Assembly (NCBI RefSeq): GCF_018977255.1
Contig: NW_024704742.1
Location: 28,522,001-28,582,000, forward strand
Source of the DNA: Callorhinchus milii
Lineage: Eukaryota
Direction: 5' to 3'
Length of the DNA stretch: 60,000 bases
The notes under the pieces were generated by a model that worked only from the letters and a program-made list of their open reading frames with translations, was not told where the DNA came from and made no database searches. This document shows positions 1-13,609 of the stretch, piece by piece. Each line of letters begins with the position of its first letter. The first letter of the stretch is position 1. A program made the position numbers and the translations under genes.

Positions 1-1239
1 GTGTAGGTTGTGGGGGAGGTTAGGCTCAGGAAGTGGTTGAGGTGAAGGTTCAGCAAGTTGCGGTTAGATTGTCTCCTGTCCGGTTTCAAGTGGGCTGGCT
101 GCACATTTTCTTAAAAAAATGTAAACTAGACATCATAAAGTCTGTAGTTTTTTTAAAAAAAGGGATTACTGCCAAGTAAAGTAATTAACTGTTTGTTTGA
201 TACTTTTTATCACTTATATACCATTTAATAGCTTTCCTTTGTCTATAATTTTCAGTAGATTTTTATATTGGATTTGAATAACCTGCTACAGAGTGTTATG
301 CCATGTTTTTCCCGAGACTGGATGGCAATGGGAATGGGCTTGTGATGTGAGCTCAATGGTTTAATTTTCCTGCTGATGAAAAAGGCACTNAAAAAATCTC
401 AGTGACCTCGCCTGTTAAGATTTTCACATCATGAGATTCAAACAGAAACGGAACATGTGGACTTGTGTTTTGGGGAAAAAAAATGTAATGTCTGGTTTTC
501 AGTACAGAACCATCCGGTCATCCCACTCAAAGAAAACAAACAGCTCCATCCAAAAACAGAGCATCTTTTGCATGAAGCATCATAACATGTGGAACTGAAC
601 ATCCAATTTATTTTATTCACATATGTTCCAGTACTTTATTTGGGTCTGAAAATGCTCAATGCACCTTTGTGAAATATCGTGCTATGAACTATCTAGCTGA
701 AACACTTCTGATCAGGTCGTGGCTTGATTAGTTGCTTACCTGTCTCTCAACATAAACAACAACTTGCACTTAAATAGCAGCTTTCACACGAGCAGTGTTT
801 CAGAACGCTTAAGAGTGGAGGAACCCGACGCAGAGCCGTGGTGGGGGAGGGAAGAGGTGATGGTAAGCACAGTCAAAGAGAAACGTCTTCAATCGTGATC
901 TAAAAGATTATTTTAAAAAATGATTGAAGAATAATAAATTATTTGCAGGAATTTAGTTCAATTAAAGTCTGTTTCAATCTGGAGTGTAAACCCCTTTGAG
1001 GTTCTTGCACGTCCGTAGCTTTGGCAATTTTATGACATGAGCTTCTAAATATTCTCTGCCTCCATCACTATCAGTGAATTCCGATTCCCTTGTATAAACA
1101 AAATGTGAATATCACAATGAGTTTTTTGTTAATTTACAGCATATTGAACAGGACTCAGATTGTTCCTTGGGTGCAAATCTGAAGGGTTCTGCAGGAGGAT
1201 TTGTGTGTGGTGAACAAAACCTGGTGGATTGCTTTAAAC

Positions 1240-1540
1240 ATAACATAATTATTTCTACACTTGGGGTAGCACCTGAAACATAGAACGTCTCAAAATGCTT
1301 TATAAGTCTTTGCTATTTAGTGTAGTGACTGTGTATTTTTTGGCGAACCCGACAGTCAATTTGTGCATAGCTATGTCTCACAAACAGCCATGAGGTGAAT
1401 GACTAATTAATTGGTATGTGACCAGGAGAAACTCCCTTCTCTTTCCTAGTGCCATGAGCTCTTTAACATGGACATGAGCAGCTAGATGGGTCCTCGGATG
1501 AACAATTTATCTAAAAAGCTTTACCTCTAACAATCCCACA
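1240..1540 (-). mobile_element. Deu-domain SINE, decayed partial copy
   Basis: Reverse-complement similarity to the copies at 29256 and 51735 (cacaaacagccatga, aaactcccttct, gtgccatgagctctttaacat). Confidence 0.75.
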
Positions 1541-4500
1541 GTACACCTGACCACCAATTATCAATATTCCATGTAGTAAAACAGGAAAAGATCAATTTGA
1601 AAATAATAATAATTCAGAATAATAATAATAGTCCCTGCATTTGAAATTTCTCTTTTCACATCGGGAGGATGTCTCGAAGCACTTTACAGAATTTACTCTA
1701 CAGTGCAGTGATTGTGTATTTTGTAGGCAAATCCAGCGACCAATATGCAATAGAGGTTAGTTTACATTTTAAAAGACTACAGATTGTTGTAGGAGGAAGG
1801 GAAGATTGATGTAAGTAAGAAGTACACAATCTCAAGATCCTCATAAAAAATGAGTTAGAGTAGGAGCCAATAGGGTTTAAAAGCAGTGATTTCAAAAGGG
1901 ATTTCCTAATAAGGAATTAGTGGATGACTGTTTTATTTAAAAAAATGGTCTAGCAGTCACTGCAACCGGGAAGGGGCAATAACTGTTAGGATCACAGATG
2001 TTCAGAGATGAGTTCAAAAGAATCAGCATCACATATGATTCTCTTTTGTAACGCAGGATTTACTTCATGTAAACATGCCAGGATTTACAACGTGCGGACT
2101 CCCCACTAATATGATCTAGAGCAATGTTCCCCCTGTAGGCTTGATGTACTTTTTGTTTACCACAAGGAGTCTCCATTTGGATCTCGGACTCCTTATTAAG
2201 AAATCTCATCTGAAATTGCTGTGTGTTACACATCAGTGCTGAGTGAGTTTTGATTTCATCACAGTGAGGATTCAGGGGGCATCTGGAGCAGGATATTTTG
2301 AGATTGGGAGGAACAATAAGTACAATACTGTCCAACTGACTGAATGACTTGAGGAATACAACTTAAAAGCTCTGGTTGGAAAATTAGGCTTAAATTCATA
2401 TTTGACAACCCCTGTCCTCAGCTCAAGCCTCCATACTCATGGAGAAGCTATGAACCAAGTTGATATAATTTCCAAACACGAGGTCCCAGGTACTCGGTCA
2501 GCGAAAAAACAAGAAGCAGTGGAACGACCTGCTCCTCAGAAGCTGGCACAATGCCTATATTCAAGTGGGAAACATCCTCTTGCCATTGATATCTGAAAGT
2601 GTAAGAGGGCCACTGATAGTGTGGATCAAAGGAGAAGGGACAGGGCCTGGGTGAGAAGAAGCTCCAGGGTGGACTGACTTTAAAACACAGGTTATAGAGA
2701 AGAACTAACCATAATAATAATCCTTACATTTGGTTCAGTGCCTTTCACGATGGGACGACGGCCCAAAGTGCTTCACCAGATTTATTATAAAATGCAGTGA
2801 CTGCTTTTTGTGGACAAATTAAGAAGTGTACCAGCAAGGTTAAATGATATTCTGCATTCTTTCTTCTCCCTCCCCTCTCCCCCCCACCACCCCCACCACC
2901 ATGTAAATGACAGTCTCCTTTGATCTCAGTTAACTTATTCATTTAAAAAAAAAATTATGTTCAAAGAAAAAGATGGGCAGGAAATATGTGAAGGCTGGCC
3001 AAGAGAAGAGTCAGATAGAAAGCGTAAGTGGAGCTGGTGGAGGCAGTGCCTCACCCATAGATGGATTAGTTTACTCTATGGCTGATCAATTGGATCTTTC
3101 AGTTCATGGCTGTTTGTGGGACGTTGCTATGTCCAAGTTAGCTGTCACGTTCACCTGCAAAATACACAGTCACCACCTTTTACAGTAAATCCTGTAAAGC
3201 TCTTTGAAACAGTCTGCTGAAATAAAAGGCACTATATCAAATATTAAGGTTCTTATTATTAATATTATAATTATTGTAGGAGATTGTAATGAATGGAGAG
3301 AAGAAAGTGAAGCCAGGATGGATATCAGTTGATATAATAATGATTTACTTTCAGGCAGTGAAAAAGTGGTAGAAAAGTACATATTTTACTTAAATGTGGA
3401 AATATTAAAATAATGTGTATTTTTTGAAAATGTTTTTTGTTTACTTTCCTTTCCCTCTGTCAGTGCTCTCCTGTGTGAGGGGCACTATATAATTGCTAGT
3501 TGTTGCTGGCATTGTTGCTCTTGTCTTCAATATCATAGTTTGATTTTTTCTAACATCCTTATGTTTATTATTTCCATCTGTTGTTCTTATGACGTCTGAT
3601 TTCTCAGTCTCTTTTGCCCATTTGCTTTTCTTTGCCTTTGTTAATTTTTGTGTATCTGGGTTTCTCTGTCTTGCGTGTCAGATATTTGACTACAATTTGA
3701 AAACACTGAATTTGCATTATTTCAGTCTCCAGCTGTCCCACACATCCAGAGTCACTCTCCATACCAGTTCAGCCCTGACTTTTAGTTTAAAGATCGCAGG
3801 TGCTACTAAGAAAAGATATCAATCTCAAGGCAACATTGGAGCTAGAGATATTGTGGGATCTGGGATTAACGAAGGGGATGCACAATAACAGTTACTGTCT
3901 TGAAGAATTTTTGATTGATTTTACTGATAGGGCCAAAACAAAACAATTCATTTCAACCGTTACTAAATTCCTGATGGTTGTCAAACCTGAGGAGAGAGTA
4001 AAATAAAGTGAAGTAAAAAGGGAAAGGGCACAGTTAAAATGCAATGTGTACTGGGTGGCAGCTATTAACAAAATATTCATAGCACAGTGATTTGGATTGA
4101 TTCTTGGACTCATCATTGGAGAAATTGCATCCTATTTCCGTTAACCTTTCAGATAATCCTGTCTTTTGGCCATGTTTATAGCACAGTGCTGCTGCTGCTG
4201 CTGTTGCTAACAGCAACTTAGTAATAGCTCCACTGGATATTGTTACGAAGTTGCCTCTGGTGCTTTGGATTCCAACCCACAGGGTAAACATCTGTAGCTT
4301 CAGGATGCCTCTTTGAGCCTCTTCCGTTTGAATAGCTTCTGAATTTCCAACAAGATAAACATGGTAGACGTTTCGTCTTGTGTGCTCTTGATTCTGTCAA
4401 TTCATTTACTATGGTCTGTCCTTTCTGCTTTTTGTAGGATACACTTCATGCTTATTTCCCATTTACCTTGAGCACCCACTAGGGCATGTTGAGAGTACAC

Positions 4501-5814
4501 TGGGCAGCGTCTTAACTGAGAATTGGGAGAGCATCTAATGCAATCACTTTTGAAATTTAAAAATAAATGCTTCTTTTATTCCTACGCAGAATGCTAGATC
4601 TGTTCCAATCTTATCCATAAAGAAATCCATTGCCGATATTAATTCTGTGCAGTATAATTGCTTTGGTTCTTTGATAGAATCTGATTTTTCTTGTCCCAGT
4701 GTGTGTGTGTTTTAGAAGGGGGAATGAATTATGTCACTCACTGCTGTGTAATAAAGAGGTGCTTTCTCTGTCTCTTTCTGTTGAATGCAACATGCATGGC
4801 AAGCAACAGGAACGAGAGATGAAACTCTTTGTGAGATAATAATAATAATCCTTGCATTTGGTATAGCGTCTTATCGCATCTTTGAGATGTCTCCAATCAC
4901 TTCATAGAATATACTGTAAAGTGAATTGACTGTGTATGTTGTGGATGAGGTATCTTTGTCTTCTTATGTGCATGGAAGAAGAGAGGGAAAAACCATTAAG
5001 TCACCAAGTACTCTACTTGTAACAAAAAGATATATTGAGATGACCGTCCAGCAGATCAAGAAGCAAAACAGACTAAACGTCCTCACACGATTCTCACTGC
5101 TGAAACACAATTCAGATTTTTCCATGTAATAATTGAATGCTGAATCCATTGTTCGTTCATTTCATGGTTGTTCGCGGGATCTTGTTGTACGCAACTTGAC
5201 TGCAATTCACAGTCACTACACTTGACAGCAATTACCTATGAAGCGCTTTGAAACATTTCAGCATTATAAAACGTGTATCAAATGCAAGGATGATCATAAC
5301 ATTTTCACCAGAGTGTGCACAATTTGGAAGGAAGCCAGACCTGCAAAACACTGACAATCCAGGCATGTTCATTATAAAGAGTTTTCACTGATCTACTTTG
5401 TGCTGTGGTACATTTACAACTGCAGATGAGGCTGGAGCGGTTGGCAGGATTAGCACTCATTTCTTGCTGTTATCTTTTAGTTATTTCTTTGTGGAATCCC
5501 CTGTAGTCTGCTCAAAGATACAACCTCCCACAGCAAAGACTTTTCACTGAAATGTGCCCTGCCCTTTTTAAAATGTCTTTCAAGACTGTACTGGCACATT
5601 CCTGGAAGTGGCAACAAATAGCAGTGGTCAGGACAGAACTGGTACAAGCTTTGTATGTAATGCAGAATTGTATATATGGCAGATACAAGAGAGCAATTTC
5701 ACAGCTGTTAGCCCCATGCTTCAGATGATGCTGATAAGACTGTTGAGCACTTAGTGGAGTCTAATACTGTATAAGGCAATTTCTAACCGGATTCCTTAAT
5801 AAGGTTTGGTTTAC

Positions 5815-5965
5815 TCCGACTGGAATCAATGACTGAACAGATCACCAGGAAGGTGATTGTTTCCAGAACACTGGACTCATTTAAAAAACAGCTTGATGCG
5901 GTGATGGGGAGACGGTAGGGAAAATATTGTGCAGAGATGAAATCTGTTGGACCAAAGGGTCTTCA
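5815..5965 (+). mobile_element. CR1-type LINE 3' fragment
   Basis: ggactcatttaaaaaacagcttgatgcggtgatgggg (DSFKKQLD-like ORF2 end); related pieces at about 35860, 40240 and 47230 (minus). Confidence 0.6.
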
Positions 5966-5972
5966 GGTAAAC

Positions 5973-6085
5973 AGAGGTGTCTGCAGTAAGGAAACTTGCC
6001 TAGCGTTTCAACCTAGCTGTGAATCGAACCCAGGTCCTCTCGCTTGCAAGGCGAGTGCTCTAACCAATACATTACAAGGCTCCAC
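5973..6085 (-). mobile_element. tRNA-Ala-headed SINE, 5' head only
   Basis: Reverse complement matches the head of the 25912 copy (ggttagagcactcgccttgcaagcgag...gggttcgattc...ggcaagtttccttact). Confidence 0.85.
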
Positions 6086-7809
6086 AAGCCACATTTGTGT
6101 GCTCCCCTGTCCCATATTTCCTGTAGGTCAGGGCTAAAATTGCCACCTCTCACACGCTCAGTGCAGTTGTTTAATATCTATGTTATTCAAGCGCTATCAG
6201 GGTCAGAGCATGAACACATTGCAGAGGGCTAATAGTGTTGCAATAAATGCCTGTGAACTTAATTTAAAAAAAACTCGTGATTCAACACGCAAACATTTTG
6301 GTGGAGCATGAAAATCTGCTCATTAATATTCACCACACTGAAGCTCATTCTGTTTGCCAAACATTAACCTACACTGAGGCAGATTGCCTCGTGTCGCCAC
6401 CTCAGCTATCAGAGTCCCTCGGCTGTTGCCCCTGAGGTGCAGCAAGACTCAAATTAAAAGAGATCGCCAGTGAATAAGATGCAAATGAGGTCACGGGAAA
6501 TAGTTCCTAATTTTGGAAATCATTTAATAAAAATTAAATAAATGTGACATGCCATGGGATGCACTTCCACAAGCTTAATTTTGTCCTGACACAGGAGTGC
6601 ACAAATACTGCATGCACCAGAGCGAGTGGAGAATTAACCTTTTTCACTCTGGAGGTTTTCTTCATCTCTTGCAGTAAAGGTGTTTGTGTTGAAGTAGCTG
6701 ATTTCAGTGGGGTTTGGGGAAGTGGGGATGTGTTTGCAACTTGTCTCTGTATCCTTGGTGAGGGAGAAGAGGAATAGGTGAGGGAGAGGTGGGAGTGGGA
6801 GGAGGGAAGGAATCAGACTAGGTTCCTGTTCCTTAGAGCCCTGCTGGAAAATACATGTGGTCATTGATTGAGAACAGGGTGCAACTCGGTTGCAAAATCT
6901 CATCTAACTCCCTTCCCACTCCTCCACACACACACACACACATCTGCTAACTAACTGACTAGGCTGACTTGTGTAGAGAGGCCACATGGTGAGAACCTTC
7001 AGAAGAAGAGGGCATTGCTTGTTTCCCTCTTAGCAGCAGGGACAGGAATTTCATGCTTTCACTGAACAAGGACTGACCCAGTCTGGAAATTGCTGGCTCG
7101 GCCCCATGCAGAGCTGGAGTTTGTCCCCAGCAGAGAGCTGCTGGTGCCCAAGGAACTGAGATCGAGCACATTAGAGAGGGGAAGAAAAGTGGAACAGTTA
7201 CACAAGATATTTTTAAAAATGGTTTATATATGGATTTAAATCGCACCTGCTTAAATCTTATAACGTAATGTTCAAATTGACTCATAGAATTACACAAAAT
7301 TACATACAGTACAGTTTATATTTATTGTACCCTTTCACATTTGGACACAAAATGCTTGAGAAAGCTAGATAGCCACCTGAGCTGGTGGTGGGTACCTGCT
7401 GGGGTGGAGGTGGGCGATATACTATGAATATAAAATTGGTCACATTGTGTTAGAATGTAATATGATGCAGAAATATGGTAAGTTCTTAAATCCAGCCTCG
7501 GTTTGGCAGCAAGCCCTTTTCATGATCCACAACTTCCAAGTTAAGACTAAATACAATTATTTCCCCAAATCCTCTTTGGCTTCATTCAAATAATTGAGCC
7601 CAAAGCCACTTGCAGCAGCCATTAAGCTGTGTCTTTCAATTAATGGCCCTTGTGTTCTGCAGGATTTCTTCTCTTCTCAATGTCTTAGAATCTGTAATGT
7701 CCGCCTGAACAGGAAGATTGTTTTAGTATATTTACCAACCCATGTGCTCATTTCCATCTGCTGAAGAAGAACTTATGTTTTCATAGCACTTCATCCCACA
7801 ATCGCATCA

Positions 7810-8195
7810 AAGGCTGTGAGCTCAAAGACTGATGTGGGGTCAGCACTTTAAGGTCACATTCTAGGCTGTCAGTTGAGTGCAATACTGGAGGAGTATATTG
7901 CATTGTCAGAGATGAGATGTTAAACCGGGGTACAGTCTGCTTGTTTAGGTGGACTTAAAGACCCCATTATAGTATTCCAAATGACAAGGGAGTTTCTCCT
8001 CAGTGTCCCTCAGATACGTTAGTCATTCACTTTTCATGGCTATTGTGGAACTTGGATCATTGGCCGCTGCATTCATCTACAGATATACATACAGTCTTTA
8101 CTGTACCGTACCGAAGAAAGTAACTGCTTTACAGCAGGTACCTGTGAAGCACTTTCAAAATATGTCAAAGTTACAGATGCAAATACAAAGATTCT
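7810..8195 (+). mobile_element. Deu-domain SINE
   Basis: tctaggctgtca...gatgagatgttaaaccgggg...tttaggtggacttaaagacccca, followed by the shared 3' tail. Confidence 0.8.
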
Positions 8196-9184
8196 TATAG
8201 TTCCTTCAACAAATTATTATCAAATGTCGTTGCTGTTTTCTGTCAGCAAAACTTCTAATATTGTATCCAAGGTCACAATCCCAATCTGTCTCTCACACGC
8301 AGCTCCTACAACATCCCAGAGCCAGCAATTTGTAGGCAGGGGACACAACAGCTTGTCAACCAAGTGCAGCATCTTGTTTTTTGGAGGGGAAAAGAAGGGA
8401 TTTTGATCTCAACTGAACATGGCTCAAGCCAGTGGGTGAATTCAGGATATAAAATGGTTTGGAGTCCGCCGCTACCTAAGGATGTGTCTAGTATCAAATT
8501 AAACCTAAACTCTGTGGAGCAGTGTAACCAGGGCAATGGCAATGTTCCACAGAGTGCATACTACACAGGGTGCAGTTCTGTTCTGGACTTAAGAGTTGTT
8601 TGTGGCAGCAAGTAAACTTCAGCAGTGGGACCCCGGAAGTAAAACAATGGCAGTGATTAAAATACAGGAGAAATATGCTTTCTGTTAGTTATTTACATCA
8701 AAACGATGGTAACTAAAACCATCTTTTTTTAATTTCAGATTTCCGCTGACAGTTTTTCTCCATATGTGTTTCGCTTTTGTTATTTTGTTTACATTCTCAT
8801 TTCTTCACCACTCTTGACTTTGTGCTCCTCCTTTGATCTTGTCTCATTATTCGTCTCATTTTGTGCTGCTAAATACACCTTTTTCAACTCTTCCCTCAGC
8901 ATGTATCTCTTAAAGTGCACACCTTCTCAAAGCATTATTCTGCCTTTGTTTGATTTATTTGTTTAACCGTTATAGTCGCCTGCGTCTAATTACAAGTGCA
9001 CAAGCTCCCCAGGAATTTCTGCCTGCCCTTTGAATTCTAGAACATCTGCACTGCACAATCACGTGAACGACAGTCTATTTTAACGCAGTCATCAAATAAT
9101 AGTCAAAATCTAATTCAAAAGTACATGAAAGTGTTGTGTTTGGGGGAGGGAGCCTAAAAATTAGATATCTATTTATTATACATT

Positions 9185-10950
9185 TAGACTGTTTGTGGGA
9201 CATTGCTGCCGCGTTTCACCCACAAAACATAGTCAATCCACTTTACAGTATATGCTGTGAAGCGCTTTGAGACATCCCAGCAACACGATAAGTTACTGTG
9301 TCAAATGCAAGGATTATTATTACTATTATATTAACAAAAAGTAGGAAATAACTGGTTCTGCCGAGAACCATATGTGAATCATGGTGACCTGCAGAAGCTG
9401 AACTATAACAAGACCTGACATACATTGTCTCATCACTGTTAGTAGATTATATCAGAGCAGAGCTTTTCATGCATTGGAGTGATGCACACGAATGATTACC
9501 ATCAGAATTTGCTACTTGCAACTTGCTGTTACAAACCTCGTATGTTGGAGCGAAAGAAAAAGGAGGAGGGATGCAATGTGTATGATTTATTTTCTCCTTT
9601 CCCTATTCTGGTGATTGTTTTATTTATTTAGCAGCAACAATTCACCTATAAAATATAGAGTCAACTCACTTTACAGTATATTCTGTGAAGCGCTTTGAGA
9701 CGTCTAGAAGACATGATAAAGCACTATATCAAATGCAAGGATTGCTATTATTATTAACAAGGTGCACCAAGTGGTCAGAAGAAAGGCTTGAGCTAAACAC
9801 GGCACTCTGCTGTCTGCGAACAATGGTAATATCAATTACAACCACAACAACAACAACAAAATTATATTTGCAAAGCAGCTTTCACATCAGGAGGACATGC
9901 CAAGGCACTGGACAGACAGAGTTTTGGACCCGAGCTGAGGGTCGGGGTCGGGGAGGGTGGCGGGCAGGGGGGGGAAACAGGGAGATCGAAAGTACTGTTG
10001 AAGAGGAGGGCGAATCAAATTACCATTTGATTTGCGTTTCGCCCCCAAAATATACAGTCAATTCACTATACAGTGTATTCTGGGATGCGTTTTGAGATGT
10101 CTCAAAGCCATGAATAAGGCACTATATCAGATGCAAGGATTATTATTATTATTATTATTAACAATGGCCAATCAAGCAAAGATGTGAAAATCAACGTGCT
10201 TTGTATGAGATCTTACCCTTTTATGGAGAATCAAGTCAAATGAGAACATATGCTGCACACTTCTAAACGCTGAGTACACTATACATGTCAGCTTGTCAGA
10301 ATAACTCCACTTAAAGATATTGCACGGTTTCTTCCTAAATGTTGTCGGGACATTTCACAACAAAAGGTCAGCCTTTCTGTCATTCTTGCGTATTCCACGA
10401 GCTTATCAGTTAGTTACGAGATGGAATAGTGGAAGCTGTTTTGACAGGTATTCAGACAGCTACTTCTACCTCAGGCAGTCTTTGTAAAGCAGCGGCCCTC
10501 ATTCCAGGTCACTTTATCCTTCCTCCCATGGGTCCATTAACACCACTTTCTCCCGAGGCTACAGATTGTCTGGTTCTGTTTTACTGACCGCTTCAGTGTG
10601 CATGAAAGCCATTGGCCTTTCTTCCTTTAACCCTTTTAGCGGTGTAAGCTTGGACATGAAGGTTTGAATGACATGCCTGCAGGATGGCATTAACCTACAT
10701 TTCAGTTGGCAGTGACATTTTCCTTTGTACCTATTACAGACCAGACAACCTCCAGCAATTCAACAGAGCTACATCTGAAACAACTTTAGACATGCTTTTT
10801 AGTATATATTATATATATCTATCCTTCTCTCCCTTTCCCCTCATTTCGCCCACAAAATATACAATCAATCCGCTTTGTAGTATATCCTGTGAAGCGCTTT
10901 GAGAGGTCTCAACGAGCTGATAAGGCGCTATATCAAATGCAAGGATTATC
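9185..10950 (+). mobile_element. Cluster of 5'-truncated SINE tails (about 9185-9330, 9645-9755, 10030-10160, 10840-10950) plus a minus-strand L2 end at about 9840-10010
   Basis: Repeated cacaaaatatacagtcaattcactttacag...tgtgaagcgctttgaga...tatcaaatgcaaggattatt motif. Confidence 0.85.
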
Positions 10951-10974
10951 ATATGAAATCAGTGACTCGTGTAG

Positions 10975-11345
10975 GTGTCAGGGCTTGGCAACCTGCTCTC
11001 TGATACCTCACCCAGGTGATCATTCTCCATGTGTGAGCTCTGGCTTTGAGTGTTTGTGAACCGTTCAAGTGAGGCAGACTTGCACCTCGAGACTTATCTG
11101 CTCCACTCCCTAAAATCTGCATGTGTCACTTTCAGCAGAGATCACCGGACGGGCCTCTGGAGTAGGAATCCTGGCCAACTTGTTTTACTCTTTGTAGTGC
11201 CTTGAGGACAATTACAGCACCTTCCCTAGCTTCCCTGGTTAAAATCAGAAAACGGCAGAGCAATAGAGATTGAACCTGACACCTTCCTGATCTGCATGAT
11301 TCAGAACAATACCATTTTTCCACGGAGTTATCATACAACACCCCC
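10975..11345 (-). mobile_element. Third SINE-like family (tRNA-like head at right end)
   Basis: Reverse-complement similarity to 13130-13415; B-box-like ggttcaatc on the minus strand near 11270; further pieces at about 6780-6905 and 54170-54390. Confidence 0.55.
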
Positions 11346-11584
11346 TCAGACCCTAGGGTATTTTTCTTCGCATCTGCTTGTTTGACAACTCTTGGCTCCG
11401 TGTCTTGCTCAAGCCTTCTGACCTCCCACCAAACTGGCCATGTCTTCCAGCTCCCAGGTAAGTATTTCTGCTGTGCTAATACTTATGTGGAGACATGCAA
11501 TGCTGTGGATGTTGTTGAGCTGAGGTCAAAGTTCCGATTAAATTTGCACCACTGTTTACACTATGTTCTGTTTGGGTGTGCTTA

Positions 11585-11608
11585 TGTGTGTGTGTGTGTG
11601 TGTGTGTG
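11585..11608. repeat. (TG)n microsatellite
   Basis: Direct reading. Confidence 0.95.
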
Positions 11609-11817
11609 CGTGCGGGGGTGGTGGGGAGAAAGATCAAGATGATGCCAGTAGAGTGACAACAAGACAGTAATAGTTGTGGAACTGAGTGACAGTTGGCATG
11701 TGTCTATTCAACAACCTATCACTGCTATGTCCCTGAATGAAGAATGCATGAAACAGATGTAATTCAACATATTCATAGAATAGTTGCAACACACTCCTTT
11801 GAATGGCTGCCCTGGAC

Positions 11818-12169
11818 ATAATAATAATATAATAATCCTGGCATTTTATAGAGCGCCTTATTACATCGTTGAGACCTCTCAAAGCACTTCACAGGATATA
11901 TTGTAAAGTGAATTGACTGGGTATTTTGTGCGTGAAACTTGGCAGCCAATTGAGCACAGCAGTGTCCCTAAACAGTCTTGGATGTCTTGGAGTAGCCATT
12001 TTTTGGGAGGGATTATTACCCCTGGAAAGCGATCCACCAATCGACTAACAAACGGGTTCCTACTTACTGTTAGGTAATCAGAGATGCGTGGAATAAGGAA
12101 ACTTGCCCAAGGTTTTGCCCCACCAAATCTCGTTTGCAAGGCTAGCACACTAACAACTGAGCTACGGGG
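11818..12169 (-). mobile_element. tRNA-Ala-headed SINE, long variant with extra internal segment
   Basis: On the minus strand: head (gtagctcagttgttagtgtgctagccttgcaaacgag), cttgggcaagtttcctta, internal agtaagtaggaacc block, shared tail and ATT repeats. Confidence 0.85.
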
Positions 12170-12384
12170 TAATCACACATTCACAATCTATCCTTTCCAT
12201 ACGGTATCACACATTCCTCTTACAGCTCTGAGAAAGCCATTTACTGTCAGCAGTTCACTATGAGTGCCTGAGGCAAAACCATGTCCAGCCTTAGTGGATA
12301 TTTTACACATAATGGTTTTCTTCATTTAATGCAAGGGGAAAAGCATGCTTAACCTCAAAAACAATGTTGTCACTTCAGGAAACG

Positions 12385-12596
12385 TGCGAGTGTGTCACTG
12401 AGTGACTTGGGCAACAAGTGAATGTGTCACTAAGTGACTCAGGTAGTGAGTGAGTGTGTCACGGTGACGCGGGTAGTGAGTGAGTGTGTCACGGTGTAAT
12501 AGGTAGTGAGTGAGTGTGTCACTGGGTGACTCAGGTAGTGAGTGAGTGTGTCACTGGGTGTAACAAACAGTAAGTGAGTGTGTAACCGAGTGTCTC
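12385..12596. repeat. Minisatellite, 30-32 bp unit (ggtagtgagtgagtgtgtcac(t)ggtgactca), about 4 good copies plus degenerate flanks
   Basis: Direct reading of tandem units at 12442, 12472, 12502 and 12534. Confidence 0.9.
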
Positions 12597-13129
12597 GGCC
12601 AGTGTCTGTTCTACATTCCCCCCCCCCATCCGCCCACTGCCCATGAAACATCACACCATATATGCCAGTGCCTTTACTTGATCCTCTGGTTGATTCAAAT
12701 CCATGGGTTGATTCAAATCCATCTGCCTCCTTCACTTGTCTCACATCACTTCTGTTATATCGGATCATTCCAGATCAGATCTGACTTCAATTCATTTCAA
12801 CAAGACTGAAATGACGCAAAACTTATGCGTAACGACCTTTTAGACAGCACTGTTCAGATAATAATGAAAAATAATTAACATATGTTCTGGCGAATATTAA
12901 GACAGTAATTTGTACTAAAATGTAATTTCCTCACCTCCTTGCTGCACTCTGCTTTATTAAATTCCTTTTTCAAATTATCTGCCAGTTTTTTTTTCATTAT
13001 TAGGATCACATGATGTACAGATCTTACAATATTAAAATGATTGTTAATTGTCTCGCTCCCCCTATGGCTCAGTGACTTCATCCATTCAAATTCTCATTGT
13101 TTCAGAAATATTAAAACAGAGACAGCCTC

Positions 13130-13415
13130 TTGTCTGTTTCGTGTTCATCCTGAGTTGGCTGATCTCAATCTGGACCTCATCACCCCTGGGTGAGGGAGAG
13201 GAAAATCAGTAAAGGTTCCCACTCCTAATCACACACTAAGACGTATGTGTGAGGAGGTATTGTGAGGACAGGACAGGGTTGAGCAGCCTCACACCCATTT
13301 CATTCCGTTCAATTCAATATCTTGCCGACACTCTCTATCAAAACTCACACATGAATATTGGCCACTTAAGCAGGATACCAGAGGAAACACACGGCCTGTC
13401 AAATTATACCCTGTT
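13130..13415 (+). mobile_element. Third SINE-like family, partial copy
   Basis: gagttggctgatctca...cccctgggtgagggagaggaaaatcag...gtgaggacaggacaggg...ctcacacatgaatattggccactt; mirrors 10975-11345. Confidence 0.55.
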
Positions 13416-13609
13416 GGAAGGTAAAAATAAATGCAAGCGGTTTCAAGAGACAAGTGTGGGAGGAATTGGAGAGAGAACAAAGGTTATTTATAAAGACGGT
13501 CTTTGTTCAATTTGACCCCAGTGAATGAATTAGTGAGAGTGTGGCAATATTTTGTACATTTTATATAAGGCCGTAGAATATATGAGCACCATGTTTATTT
13601 TATTCATCC

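Noticed and set aside
12385..12596. CRISPR-like periodicity of about 30 bp
   Set aside because: The units are head-to-tail with no unique spacers, the context is eukaryotic, and there are no cas genes
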